Positions 1-11,536 of a DNA stretch of 64,000 bases are shown one piece after another. Within the stretch, counting starts at the first letter, position 1; each line of letters opens with the position of its first letter. The notes below the pieces were generated by a model, which searched no databases, was not told the origin of the DNA, and saw only the letters and a program-made list of their open reading frames with translations. Origin of the DNA: Proteromonas lacertae (lineage: Eukaryota); NCBI GenBank assembly GCA_002245135.1, contig NGBS01000871.1, positions 248,001 to 312,000 on the forward strand, given 5' to 3'. A program made the position numbers and the translations under genes.

Positions 1-3000
1 TGAAGGTAATATTGACCACCAATAGTTGTAGATTTGTTCTTCATTATTGATCATTATTCTTTGTAATGAATCTAATTACAGTAAAAATGATATGTTTTAT
101 ATTATATACGAATATAACTGTTATACTGAACAACATTTCGTTTTGGTGGATAATGTAATCTTATATGATTTTCAATTATGTTTAACTTTATTGAGTTTAT
201 CCAGTTGTTGTATGATTTGTCATTATTATCATATAATAATCTTCTATTCTCCATTTCAGGCTATTTAATATAATAATATATATATATATATATTATACTT
301 TATCTGCTTTATTATCATTTTTATCATTTTCATTTACACCTAAATCAAATTTCTTTAAGAAATTGGCAAAGTCTTTAATCTCGTCATTATTCTTGTCTTT
401 ATCTTTTTCTTCATTTATATTTTGCAGATTATCTTTGTTTAATTGTTCTTTTTTATCATCTCTATCACCAATATCTTTATCTTTCTTCTTTTCATCGCCT
501 TTTTCATCCTTTTTATTCTCATCTTTAATATTATCATTTCTATTATCTTCTTTCTTTTCTTTATTGTTATTGTCATCATTCTCCTTTTTGCCATTCTTTA
601 CATTATCCTGTTTTACTTCACATTTATCTTTATCATCACAATCAATATCTTTATTTTCCTGTTTATTATTGTCTTTCTTATTATTCTCAACATTTTCATT
701 ATCTCTTTCATTCTTTTCATCTTTCTTTTCATTATCATTAAACCACTTATTATCATCATTTCCATTTTCTTTCTTTTCTTCATCTTTATTCTCCTTTTTT
801 ACTTCACATTTATCTTTATCATCACAATCATTATCTTTCTTATTAACATTCTTATCTTCTTCTTCTCTCTTTTCAACTTCATTCTTTTCATTTCCTTTAT
901 TCTCCTTATCATTTTCATTATTAAATTTCCATTTATTATCAAAATTGTTGTTATGTTTCCACTTATTATCATCATTTTCATTATCCTTTTTCTCATTCAC
1001 ATCTTTCTTTTCATTTTCATTATTGTCATTATTCTTCCACTTATTATTATAATTATAATTATATTTCCACTTATAATCATCCATATCATCTTTCTTTTCA
1101 TTCTCATTCTCTTTACCATCTTTTTTCTCATTTTCATTATTGTCTTTATTCTTCCATTTATTATCATTATTATTGTCTTCATCATTTTCTTCTTTCTTTT
1201 TCTTCTTATATTCCTCTATTAATGATGTATTATTGTTAATATTATTTAATTGACATGATGTTATATTGCCATTAATTGTAGTGTTTGTACAATTGGCTGT
1301 TGTATTAATAAGAAGAATTGGATCAATTATATAATCATATTCATCTATATAATAATAGAGAGATAATAATAATAATATATATATACTCTTTCTTAATATT
1401 AGATTATCCATCAAAACATCAATTGTTAAATTCTGTGTAATATTAGGTAATAATATGAATTTATTAAATAACAGATTCTTTTCATATTTTGATATATTAC
1501 AATATAATAATGACTGTAATTTTATTGGATTATATGATATCTCTTCTTCTTCTTCTTCTTCTATTTCTATTTCTTCTTTATTTTCTTTATTTTTATCATT
1601 TTCTTCTTCAAGTTGTCTATTATAATAGCTATACCAACTCTTTTCCTTCTTTTCTTCTTCTTTCTTTTCATTTTCATTATCCTTCTTCTTTTCATTATTA
1701 TTATCATCATCTTTCTTATTTTCTTTGTCTTTATTCATCTTAGTTGGTTTAATTACATGTTTTTTAATTGATAGAAAATACTCTGAAGTTACAGTTCTAG
1801 AATAATAACTATCACTATTCTCTTTATATTCCACTGATATTGTATCAACTTTATATTCTATACCTTTCTTCTTATTATTACCTCTTTTAGCGATAGATTT
1901 AGCGAATTCTATTTCATTTTCCCAATATTTATAATAATTATTGTGTGATGGAAATTTAACTGGAATGTATAGATGATTTACTAATTTTAATAAACTATAT
2001 ATATAATCCTCTAATTCATGAGGTAGTAGTATTTCATTATCGATATTATCATTGACTAAACTGTTATAATCAGTAATAATAACAGAATGAAAGATATCTT
2101 TAAAATATCTCTCTAGAATTGGTAGTAGATTATTGTAATTGATTGTACATGTTATATCATTAGATATTGAACGGTTTCTCTTGTTGAAGATATATCTATA
2201 AGATTCAGTTTCATTTGGCTCAATTGTGATAAAATTAAGCTTTGAATAGTGTGATATTAATGAAAATCCATAGTTACTATTAGCTGAGAGTATTAATATA
2301 TTTGTATCACTCTTCAATTTCGAGAATTCAGCAGTAAATGCATTACCTACATTTTCACTAATTTTTATCACTTCTGGTGTTGTTTTAAGTGATTCATTGT
2401 ATTGACTACCATAATGTATAACATGGTAAAGATTTGAAAGGAAATTCTCATTGGGTGGTGCTGTGTTATTACCAAATAAATATTTTGAGAAAATATCTTC
2501 TGAATTAGAGAGAAATGGTATGTTATGATTGTTTTGTTGGTTGTTGTTACTAAATGACGGTTTTTGAGGAGTTTTACGAGTTTCAATTATAACAGAATAT
2601 GGTGCAGTTGGAAGTGGCTGTTTTGTAGGTTTTGGTTCTTCATTTATAATTTTTGTTGGAGGAATGGTTGTAGGATTGAGAGGATTTGGAGGAACTGTTG
2701 CAATATCTGGTGGTTTTGTTCTTTTAACAGAATATATAACTACTTTATGTGGTTTCTTCGCACTAAATATAAGAAATAAGAAAATACTCTTCTCCGTTGA
2801 TAGCAATCTTATCTTCTTGTTTTGGCGAATCAGGTTCCTCATTTGGTAATTTATGAGCGGATCTTTCATTTTCTTCAATCATCACAGGAGTAACTAGTTA
2901 ATTAAAGAATATAATTATACGTCTAATCATAAAACTGAGAGAAACTACAACGAATGTTATTATTACACAGGCAAAAATGGTGTACCTCTTCAGTAAGTTC

Positions 3001-3005
3001 ACCAT
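1..3005 (-). CDS. Type II membrane/secreted protein with a long K/E/D/N low-complexity region; 3' end runs off the left edge of the window
   Basis: ATG at 3005 gives MVNLLKRYTIFACVIITFVVVSLSFMIRL (signal anchor). Introns 2894-2920 (27 nt) and 2763-2787 (25 nt) splice it into the 861-aa ORF. Further introns near 265-298 and 73-110 keep the frame open to position 1. Confidence 0.75.
615..830. repeat. Coding direct repeat (DCDDKDKCEVK twice) inside the low-complexity tract
   Basis: acttcacatttatctttatcatcacaatca occurs at ~615-644 and 801-830; the peptide motif NKWK/NKWF also recurs nearby. Confidence 0.8.
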
Positions 3006-3311
3006 ATTTGAAAAAAACACAGATGAATGTTTGAGTAAGCTTGATAGTTAGTTTTATGAAAGAATGGTAAAAAATAAAAAATTTTGTTGTTGTGAGTATA
3101 TTTAAGACTATATACATCAGATATACAAAAAATATTGATGAGTTTGAAAATCACTTCAGTGATAATGTATTTATGTATTTTGATTGTGATTGATGTGTAT
3201 ATAGATAAAATGGTATTATATTATATTTTTAAATCTAATTGAGTTTGTTTTACTATAATAATAAAACAAGCCGTTTCAAAATTCAAACAGTTTTTTCTTT
3301 TTTTCGAAATT

Positions 3312-5015
3312 ATGATGAATTATATTTTAGTTTTAGCGATTTTAATAGCATCTACACATGCCATAATAATTGAAAGATCAGTATAGAATAAATATTACTG
3401 TTTTAGATAAAATCTACTAATTCATGGTTGTTTGTAGGTGCATACAGTTTTAAAGAATATGAAGAAAATGATTTTGGTACATTATTGTATATAAAATCAC
3501 ACTATATTGATAAATAGAGTAGAAGCTGCTGTACCGTGTAGTAGTAGATATAAATTCGTATTATATTACGATAGTGTTGATTGGGATGAAATGTATAGTT
3601 TATTAAGTTATTATACTTACTGTGTATAGATCTTCTAAAGGAAAAACCTGTGTGGATAAAATTTACAACATAACAACTGGCTTTCATCTATATTTTGAAA
3701 TGATCCCGAATGTAGATGATAAGAATTACTGTATTCACCGATCTTCTTATAGTATTCGTACATCCTCTGCAAGGTATTTCTATTACGCAATCGCCAATTG
3801 TTTATTACCAGAAGAATGTTATAAAAAATATTGTCAAGGATATATAACAATACCAAGGTTAAAAATAGAGTTTTATAATGGAAATAGTGATTTAAGAAAT
3901 TTAGAATATGTTGATTTTGGTGAGTATTATTTAAGAGAAACGATGATGATAATGTATATTATACTATCAGTATTTTCATTGGTATTATTATATGCTTTAT
4001 ATAACTGGAAATTATTACATTTTGTCCACTTCACAGTTGTGTTGAGTATAATATTTGCATTATGCGAAAATTTAATTTATTTTGTTTATCTAAAAACTGC
4101 AATTGACACTGAGACATATACAAATGCTATTAAAATAGTTGCAATGTCATTTAAATTTATATCTGAAAGTTTTATGATAATGCATTTATTTATGGTTTGT
4201 CATGGATATAGAATAATTAGAAGAAAAATAAAAATGATAACTCGATTAATAATCATTACTTATACATTTTCATATATTGTAATTGGAATATTTAGTTATG
4301 TTTATTTTGAAGTATTTATTCCAGTAGAAATTCGTCCAACTTCATTATTTAATCATCCATCAAGTGCTTATTATTATATAATTCGTTGTATTGGCTTGAT
4401 ATGGTTTGTTTATGGTTGGATTCATACATATAGAAGATATAAACCAAGTGAATATTATTTCAAATATATTGTTATAATTACTGGAGTTATTTGGTTTATT
4501 TTACCTTTGATTGTATATGCATTTGTTTCATGGACTAATACTTGGAATAAGTATAATATATATATATATTCTTTTATTTCTTATTATAGAATATTTGTGA
4601 ATGATTTATCTCATTCAATCATCAATATATTATTCTATACAATAATATTTTTATGTATTGTTCCATATTACAAGATAATGAGTAGTAGAGTAAGTACTTA
4701 TACATTCCTACCAGCTGATGAAGTAATAGCATCAACGAATGGAGGAGAATCAAAAGCAATATATAAATCAGAAATTGAATATTACTTTAAAAATGGAATT
4801 CAACAGAAGATTCAATATGAAGTGATGATTCAAAAAGTATATTATACTTATTATTTTATATTAATTAATAGTTAAAACTAAAGATTTCTATGTATTATGA
4901 TATTGTACAGCTGCTTTGCAGAGATTTGCATTTAGTTGCTGATGAAATACCTTCTGATAATGAAAGAGTATATAATGATTTTAAGACTGTTAAATTAAAT
5001 GGAATTAAAGAATAG
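3312..5015 (+). CDS. TMEM145/GPR180-like seven-transmembrane protein
   Basis: Signal peptide MMNYILVLAILIASTHA, then IKSTNSWLFVGAYSF, SARYFYYAIANC and about 7 hydrophobic helices. About five short GT-AG introns join to the 417-aa ORF and a last exon ending at TAG 5013-5015. Confidence 0.7.
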
Positions 5016-5114
5016 AAGCACTTATTTATAGTTTTACATAACATTTTTGTATGTACAAAAAATACCAAACCATAATCGAGCTTATTATATCTTTTTTACT
5101 TATTTTCAAAATTA

Positions 5115-8100
5115 ATGAGTATTGGGATTGACTTAGGCACTTGTACATCATTAATTGCAGTTACAAAGACAAAAACTGTTAAAATATTGCAAAATGAAAG
5201 AGGTTTGACTGTTACACCATCATATGTGAGTTATGCTCATCCTGAGGTAGTAGTAGGTTCAGTAGCTAAATATGAGGTGGTTAAAAATCTAGATAAAGTG
5301 GTGTATGGTGTTAAAAGAATTATGGGTAAGCAATTTGATGATCCAACAGTAGAAGAAGATATAAAGAATTGGTCATTTAATGTAATTAATAAGAATAACC
5401 TGCCATATATACAAGTAGATCATAAAGGAAAGAATTTGGAATTATTACCTCAAGAAGTATCTGCTGAAGTATTGAAGTATTTAAAAAAGATAGCCGAACA
5501 AAATTTGAAAGAAATAAGTAGTGTAGTCATTACAGTTCCTGCTCATTTTGGTCAATTACAAATAGTAGCTACAGAAGAAGCAATTAGATCAGCTGGTTTT
5601 AAGAATTATAAAATATTAAAAGAACCAATTGCAGTAGCACTTACATACAGTGAATATCGTATGAAAAATGAAGATCACAAGATTTTGATATATGATTTTG
5701 GAGGTGGTACTTTTGATGTATCAGTTGTTGAATTAAGAGGTAAAATAATCGAATTAATAGCAACCAGTGGAGATGGTCACTTAGGTGGAGAAGATATAAC
5801 AAATGTGATATATGAACACTATTATGAAAAATATAAAGAACAAAGAGGTGGAACTGAAGGGAATGCTAGTGCAAAAGCTCACTTAAGAAAAGCTTGCGAA
5901 AGTGCAAAAATACAATTAAGTGAAACAGAAGAAACAACTGTTGAATGCAGTATATTGGAAAGTAATGGAATTGATTCTACTCTTACAAGAGCAGAGTTTG
6001 AGAAATTGATTAAAAATATTATAAGTCGAACAATATCAATTGTAGAGAATATGTTAGAGATGAAGAATATGAAGAAAAGTGATATTGGTGCAATTATATT
6101 AGCTGGTGGAAGTAGTAGAATTCCATTCGTAAAACATTTATTAGAAGAAGAATTTAAAGGAATACCTGTTTTTAAAACTGTTAATCCAGATGAAGCAATA
6201 GCGTATGGAGCTGCATTTTATGCCAATTTAATTGGTAAAACAGATCCAAATTTACCACAAATAGTAGATGCTAATGTAGAAATACAACATCCATCCATAA
6301 CAATCCCACAACAACAAATGAATAGTCCAAGACCATCTGTACCTTCACCAATATTCAACTCAAGAGAAATGAGAGAGAATAAAGATTGTGCAGCAATTGG
6401 AATTGATCTCGGTACTTCAACTTCATTAGCATGTTTTGCAAAAGATGGTGTACCAAGTCTTATCCAAGATGTTACTGGTAAAAATGAAGTTCATTCATGT
6501 GTATTGTATGAGAATGAAGAAAAAAAGATAATTGGAGTTACAGCAAAGACAAACGGAGCTAATGATGCTAAATCATTTGTTTATGATATAAAGAGAATAA
6601 TAGGAAGAAAATGGAATGATAAAGTATTACAGAGTTTAATAAATGAGTTGAATTACAATGTAATAAAAGATGCTTCTGATAATCCAGTAGTTGCATTTAA
6701 TGAAAAGATTCCTCCGTTTAATAAAACACCTGAACAAGTATCATCCGATATTTTAAAGCATTTAAAAAAGAATATTGATGGAAAATTAAATGGTAAAAAA
6801 TATAAAGTTGTTTTAACAGTTCCAGCTCATTTTACAGATTCACAAAGAAGAGCAACACAAGCAGCAGCTGATTTAGCAGATTTGAATGTCTTACAGTTAA
6901 TAAATGAACCAACAGCAGCAGCAATAGCTTATGGTTTAACAAATAATTTTAATAATGAAGAGAATACAATTGTTGTTTATGATTTTGGAGGTGGTACTTT
7001 TGATGTATCAATTATTAAAATAAAAGGTAAAAATATCGAATTACTTGCTTCTGATGGTGATGATCATTTGGGTGGCTCTGATTTGACTGAAAGAATATAT
7101 GATTATTTCTTGGAGAAATACAAAGAAGCTAGTAATATTAATTTCATAAACGCAAAAGCATCTCATCATTTGAGAAAAAGTTGTGAATATGCAAAAGTAA
7201 ATTTATCAGAATTTGAAGAGGTCGATGTAGATTGGAGTTTATTAGAGAATTATCATGTTGATAATGTACTGACTAGAAATAAATTCTATGAATTAACAAA
7301 AGATTTATTTAATAAAACAATCACAATATTAGATAAAACAATGAGAAATAATAATATTTCAAAAGAATCAATCAATGAAATTGTATTAGTTGGTGGAAGT
7401 AGTAAAATACCTTATGTTACAGAAATAATAAAGAATTTCTTACCAAAAGCTAAATTAAGTAAAGCAATCAATCCAATAGAAGCAGTGGCACTAGGAGCAG
7501 CAATTTTAGCTGATGATTTATTAAGAAATGGTGAAAATGCACAAATCTTTGAAAGATCTTATCTTAACCCACCTCCAGCTCCACCTTCATTGAATTCATC
7601 ATTAAATTCTTCTTTATTAGCTCAACCAGCTCCAACACCAACAATAGCTCCATTACAATTACCACCTGCAATGATTGATTCACTTGGATCAAGTGATGGT
7701 ATAAAATCTTCAGGTAGTAGAAAATCAATTCCACATTCTTTTTCAAGTAATAATAATAGCAGTATTAAAGAATCATTTATTATTAGAGAAAAGATTTCTC
7801 ATAGTTATGGTGTTCTTGTGATTGATTCTGATACAAATCAAAGAAGAATTGATATTGTTTTGAAGAAAGGAAGTAATATACCATGTTCAGAAAAGAAACA
7901 ATATATTACTGCTCCAAATTATGATAAGACAAAAATAGCAATTTATGAAGGAGAAGATATTGAAATAAAACCTGAGAATTTTCTTCATGATTTTATTTTT
8001 AGTGGTATAACTAGGACTCCAGAAGGTACTCCAATAGAGGTAGAATTTTCTGTAAATAAGAATGGATGTTTAGTGGTTAAAGGTATAGATTTAAGTGATC

Positions 8101-8141
8101 CAAGTAATACCAAAGAAGTAAAAGTAGCCACTAAAAAATAA
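5115..8141 (+). CDS. Atypical Hsp70-family protein: two tandem nucleotide-binding domains, Pro/Ser linker, truncated substrate-binding beta domain
   Basis: Single intronless 1008-aa ORF. GIDLGT, EP(I/T)A, DFGGGTFDVS, GGSS(R/K)IP and NP.EA.A.GAA each occur twice. The C-terminal ISHSYGV...IYEGE...IEVEFSVNKNG resembles SBD-beta. Confidence 0.9.
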   Translation: MSIGIDLGTCTSLIAVTKTKTVKILQNERGLTVTPSYVSYAHPEVVVGSVAKYEVVKNLDKVVYGVKRIMGKQFDDPTVEEDIKNWSFNVINKNNLPYIQVDHKGKNLELLPQEVSAEVLKYLKKIAEQNLKEISSVVITVPAHFGQLQIVATEEAIRSAGFKNYKILKEPIAVALTYSEYRMKNEDHKILIYDFGGGTFDVSVVELRGKIIELIATSGDGHLGGEDITNVIYEHYYEKYKEQRGGTEGNASAKAHLRKACESAKIQLSETEETTVECSILESNGIDSTLTRAEFEKLIKNIISRTISIVENMLEMKNMKKSDIGAIILAGGSSRIPFVKHLLEEEFKGIPVFKTVNPDEAIAYGAAFYANLIGKTDPNLPQIVDANVEIQHPSITIPQQQMNSPRPSVPSPIFNSREMRENKDCAAIGIDLGTSTSLACFAKDGVPSLIQDVTGKNEVHSCVLYENEEKKIIGVTAKTNGANDAKSFVYDIKRIIGRKWNDKVLQSLINELNYNVIKDASDNPVVAFNEKIPPFNKTPEQVSSDILKHLKKNIDGKLNGKKYKVVLTVPAHFTDSQRRATQAAADLADLNVLQLINEPTAAAIAYGLTNNFNNEENTIVVYDFGGGTFDVSIIKIKGKNIELLASDGDDHLGGSDLTERIYDYFLEKYKEASNINFINAKASHHLRKSCEYAKVNLSEFEEVDVDWSLLENYHVDNVLTRNKFYELTKDLFNKTITILDKTMRNNNISKESINEIVLVGGSSKIPYVTEIIKNFLPKAKLSKAINPIEAVALGAAILADDLLRNGENAQIFERSYLNPPPAPPSLNSSLNSSLLAQPAPTPTIAPLQLPPAMIDSLGSSDGIKSSGSRKSIPHSFSSNNNSSIKESFIIREKISHSYGVLVIDSDTNQRRIDIVLKKGSNIPCSEKKQYITAPNYDKTKIAIYEGEDIEIKPENFLHDFIFSGITRTPEGTPIEVEFSVNKNGCLVVKGIDLSDPSNTKEVKVATKK

Positions 8142-8217
8142 GTAAGAAAAGGACAAAACAACAACAATATAAATATAATAATAATAATAATAATTACATA
8201 AAACATTATTCATTCTT

Positions 8218-9546
8218 TTAAAATTGAATTGATCTTTGTTTTTCACAAGCAGCTCCATAGTATTGTGAAAAACATTCACATAAACCTGTATCTGTATTAC
8301 ATAGTCCATGATTAGCACATTCTGTTGGTTTGTATTCCATTGGCATACTTAGTAATATCTCACCTTCTACTTCTTCACCAGGAATACTTACTTGAATAGC
8401 AGTATCAGTATTATCACTTTTAACTAATGTATTATCTTTACTTAATGAATATCCAACAGATGAATCGCATGTCAAATCAGCATTTCCATCTAAAGCTACA
8501 TATTTATCATCTTCATTTCCTAATATTAATGATAATTTTGATGTTTTTAATTTGTCATATTCAGCATAATCTACAGTTATTCTAATTTTATAACCAGAAA
8601 CTTGTTGAGCTGTTTTAGGATCAGAACTTCCACAATTCAATGTTAATTTATCATTATTTTTAGTTAAATAATAAAATTTTTCACAACTTATTACATTCAC
8701 ACTAACTTGAGCAAATGGGGTCATTTTCCTCAAAGCAGATTGAATTTCAGTCTCATAATCAACAGATTTACCTCTTTCATTCAAATCACATGGAATACCA
8801 ATCTTTCTAGCAGAAATAACAGGAGTTGAATATTCAATATCATCAAATACTAAAGTAAAAGAATGACTAAATCCAACAGGGACAGTATATTCATAAGTTA
8901 CTGGATCAATTTTTAAAGAAGGATCAACACCATAATAACATGTTCTTTTAGAACAATCTATTCCTGACCAACCTTTATCACATTTACATGAATAAAATTT
9001 CTCTACTTCCCAACCATAGTATCTATCACCTTTAGAATATGTATCTACAAAGGCTGATGTACAAATACCATGACCAGAACAAATAGATTCTGTGGAGGAA
9101 GGACATGATGCTATTAATAATGTTATAAATAGAATTAAATACTTCGAGAACAATCTTCACCTTCAAAACCAGGGAAACATTTACATTCTCCAGTTTGTCT
9201 GTTACATAAACCTGCATTTGAACACTCTGCATAACCATGAGGTCGAGTCCAACCATCTTCTCTTCTACCTTTTATAAACCATTCATTCTTCACCTCTTCA
9301 TCCTCAACAGAGCCGTCATGGTTTAAATCACCAATGTATGTATCTGAAAAAGCTTCACCATACGGACATGCTCCTATAATATCAATAAAACAACAATTAA
9401 TTACTTAATGAACAATCTGCACCTCCCCAACCTAAATAACACGCACATCTGTCATTCTCCTCGCATTCACCGTGGCCGTTACAGTAATTGTTGCAAGCTA
9501 TACAACAAACAGCTAGACAAGTCACTAATATCACCAGGCTTCTCAT
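8218..9546 (-). CDS. Secreted EGF/tenascin-like Cys-rich protein of the stramenopile Sig1/mastigoneme family
   Basis: Signal peptide MRSLVILVTCLAVCCIA, then CNGHGEC..C.C..GW.GADCSLRACPYG..F.D...GDLNHDG, HGYAECSNAGLCNRQTGECKCFPGFEGEDC, C.YGVDP and terminal ECANHGLCNTDTGLCECFSQYYGAACEKQ. Two introns of ~31-32 nt. Confidence 0.75.
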
Positions 9547-9595
9547 ATTAGAGTTATTTTATTTACGTTAACTCAAGCCAAATATTTTTTTCAAA

Positions 9596-10562
9596 ATGTT
9601 TCATGCAATAAATCATCCCCAAACCTTTAAATATATATTTAGAGGTTTTGCTAAGGTATTTTATTGCAACACTAATGTATTTTTGAATAGAATTCAGGTC
9701 CAGCTCATCATCTCTCTCTTTCTTCTCTTGCTACAAAATCTTCTGGTGTTATAATAGATTTATATGATCCAAAACCTCCATTAAAGCCATTTACACAAGA
9801 ATGGTGGAAATCTGTCCCAATTCTCTTAAAACAGCAATGGATGAGATTTGCTTTTTGGTCAATGTTTACTAGATCAGTATTTTATAATCTGTTAATATAT
9901 TTATGAAATAGGCAAAGAATTTTGATAAAAGATTGTTTTTAAGACAAGCTCCAGAAATATTCAGAGACGCAACTCGTGCAATTGTCAAACCACAGAATAT
10001 TGTTTTATCAAACATATTTACACCTGCCTTTCAAGAGATTTTTGAAAATAGATTTTATTCTCTCAATGTTCCAGTAAACCAAGCATATCAAATGAGTTAC
10101 TTATTAGAAAAACCAAAGATAGTGCAATACAGAATAGCTCAAACACAGTTTGATAAAGAAATGATTGAATTTGCTCAAGTTACAGTGAAGTTGCATATTG
10201 CTCAAACTCCAGTGATGTACAATAGGAATAAAGAAGAAGAAAAAACTCCAACAAATATACAAAATGTATATATAATCCAATTAATTTTATAGATTGAAGA
10301 ATATCCGTTATTAGGAACAATCATACCAGATGAAAAGCCAAAAGAATTTGAATGGAATAAAGCAACAATAGAAAGAGAATTAGATCAAGGTAAAACAGTT
10401 GAAAAACAAACAATCTCATATTACTACAACAAAAAGACATGGGAAAGTCTGTGGAAACAACCAACCATTACCAATTTTGATAAATCAACTTTGAATTATG
10501 TAATATTTGAACAACCGTGTAATATACCAAATTCAAAGTGGAGAGTTGCTTCTATTGTTTAA
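9596..10562 (+). CDS. Tim44-like domain protein (mL45/Mba1-like), probably mitochondrion-targeted, with a WW-like insert
   Basis: Three short introns. Motifs FDKRLFLRQAPEIF, FAQVTVKLH and YVIFEQP...KWRVASIV*. Basic N-terminal presequence-like segment. Confidence 0.65.
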
Positions 10563-10604
10563 AAAACATTTTTTTCTATATATTTATTAAATATGTTAGT
10601 AATT

Positions 10605-10612
10605 TGTTTGTT
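10605..10612 (+). promoter_or_regulatory. TGTTTGTT 3'-end/polyadenylation-associated motif
   Basis: ~43 nt after the stop at 10562. The same motif lies on the minus strand at 15988-15995 and 37326-37333, downstream of the stops at 16007 and 37367. Confidence 0.5.
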
Positions 10613-10670
10613 TGATAATACAGTTAAAACATAGATATTAAAAGAAAAACTATTAATCTAATTATTGTAA

Positions 10671-11438
10671 TTAAGAGGAAGGAGGTTGTGGTTCATTTAT
10701 AGTATTATTATTCTCGTCATTAGATTCTTTTTCTGCTTTCTTTGCTTGTCTTAAAGCAGGTGGAAGCGATTCTTCATCTTCTTCAATTTCTTTATTTCTC
10801 TTTCTCTTCTTCTACATATAAATAATAATAGCATTAATATATATACCTTTCCACCAGTATTACCTGAAGAAGATGAAAATGAACCTTCTCCACTGGCACA
10901 ACCTCTACATCCACAATGAATACATTGTATTATTTTATCATCTTCTAATTTATCATGGGGAACTCTACATATACAGGTTGTTCCATAAATATGATCTTTT
11001 GCTTGAATACATCTCAAACAACATAATCTTTCATATCCTGGCTATTTCGAATTATATAATTTTGTGAAAATATACTTTTCTCCATTTAGCTATTAAAGAA
11101 GCATCAATAATTTTCTCATTAATACAATAATCATAAACTTCTTTTGATATTTCTTTCTTTTTGTAATACATTTCAAATACATATCGACTATTTATAAAGA
11201 AAGAAAAAACTATACGATTTTTGATTATGAAGTCTAAATATTGGCCATACAATTTCCTGTTTACGTTTACCTTCATGAGGTTCATTTTCAGCTATAATAA
11301 TGATTAAAAAATAAGAAATATACCATCCCTCATCTTTGCTTCTAATTCATCTATTTTGTCTGCAATTATTTCATACCCCTATAAATATTATATCATTTAT
11401 AATACAGGAGGAGGTGTGGATCTTGCAAATTTTGACAT
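10671..11438 (-). CDS. BUD31: Pre-mRNA splicing factor BUD31/G10
   Basis: Spliced protein contains [51 protein letters not shown] and [11 protein letters not shown]. Five short introns. Confidence 0.95.
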
Positions 11439-11536
11439 TATTAAAGTTTGGTGTATGAAAAAGTACTCTGTTTTTGATTAACCAAATTCTATTTTTTCAT
11501 TTTTTTCTAATTACGTAATATTGAAGGATTGACACT

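Noticed and set aside
363..1222. Long hydrophobic plus-strand ORFs (229 and 259 aa)
   Set aside because: Antisense shadows of the K/E/D/N low-complexity coding tract on the minus strand.
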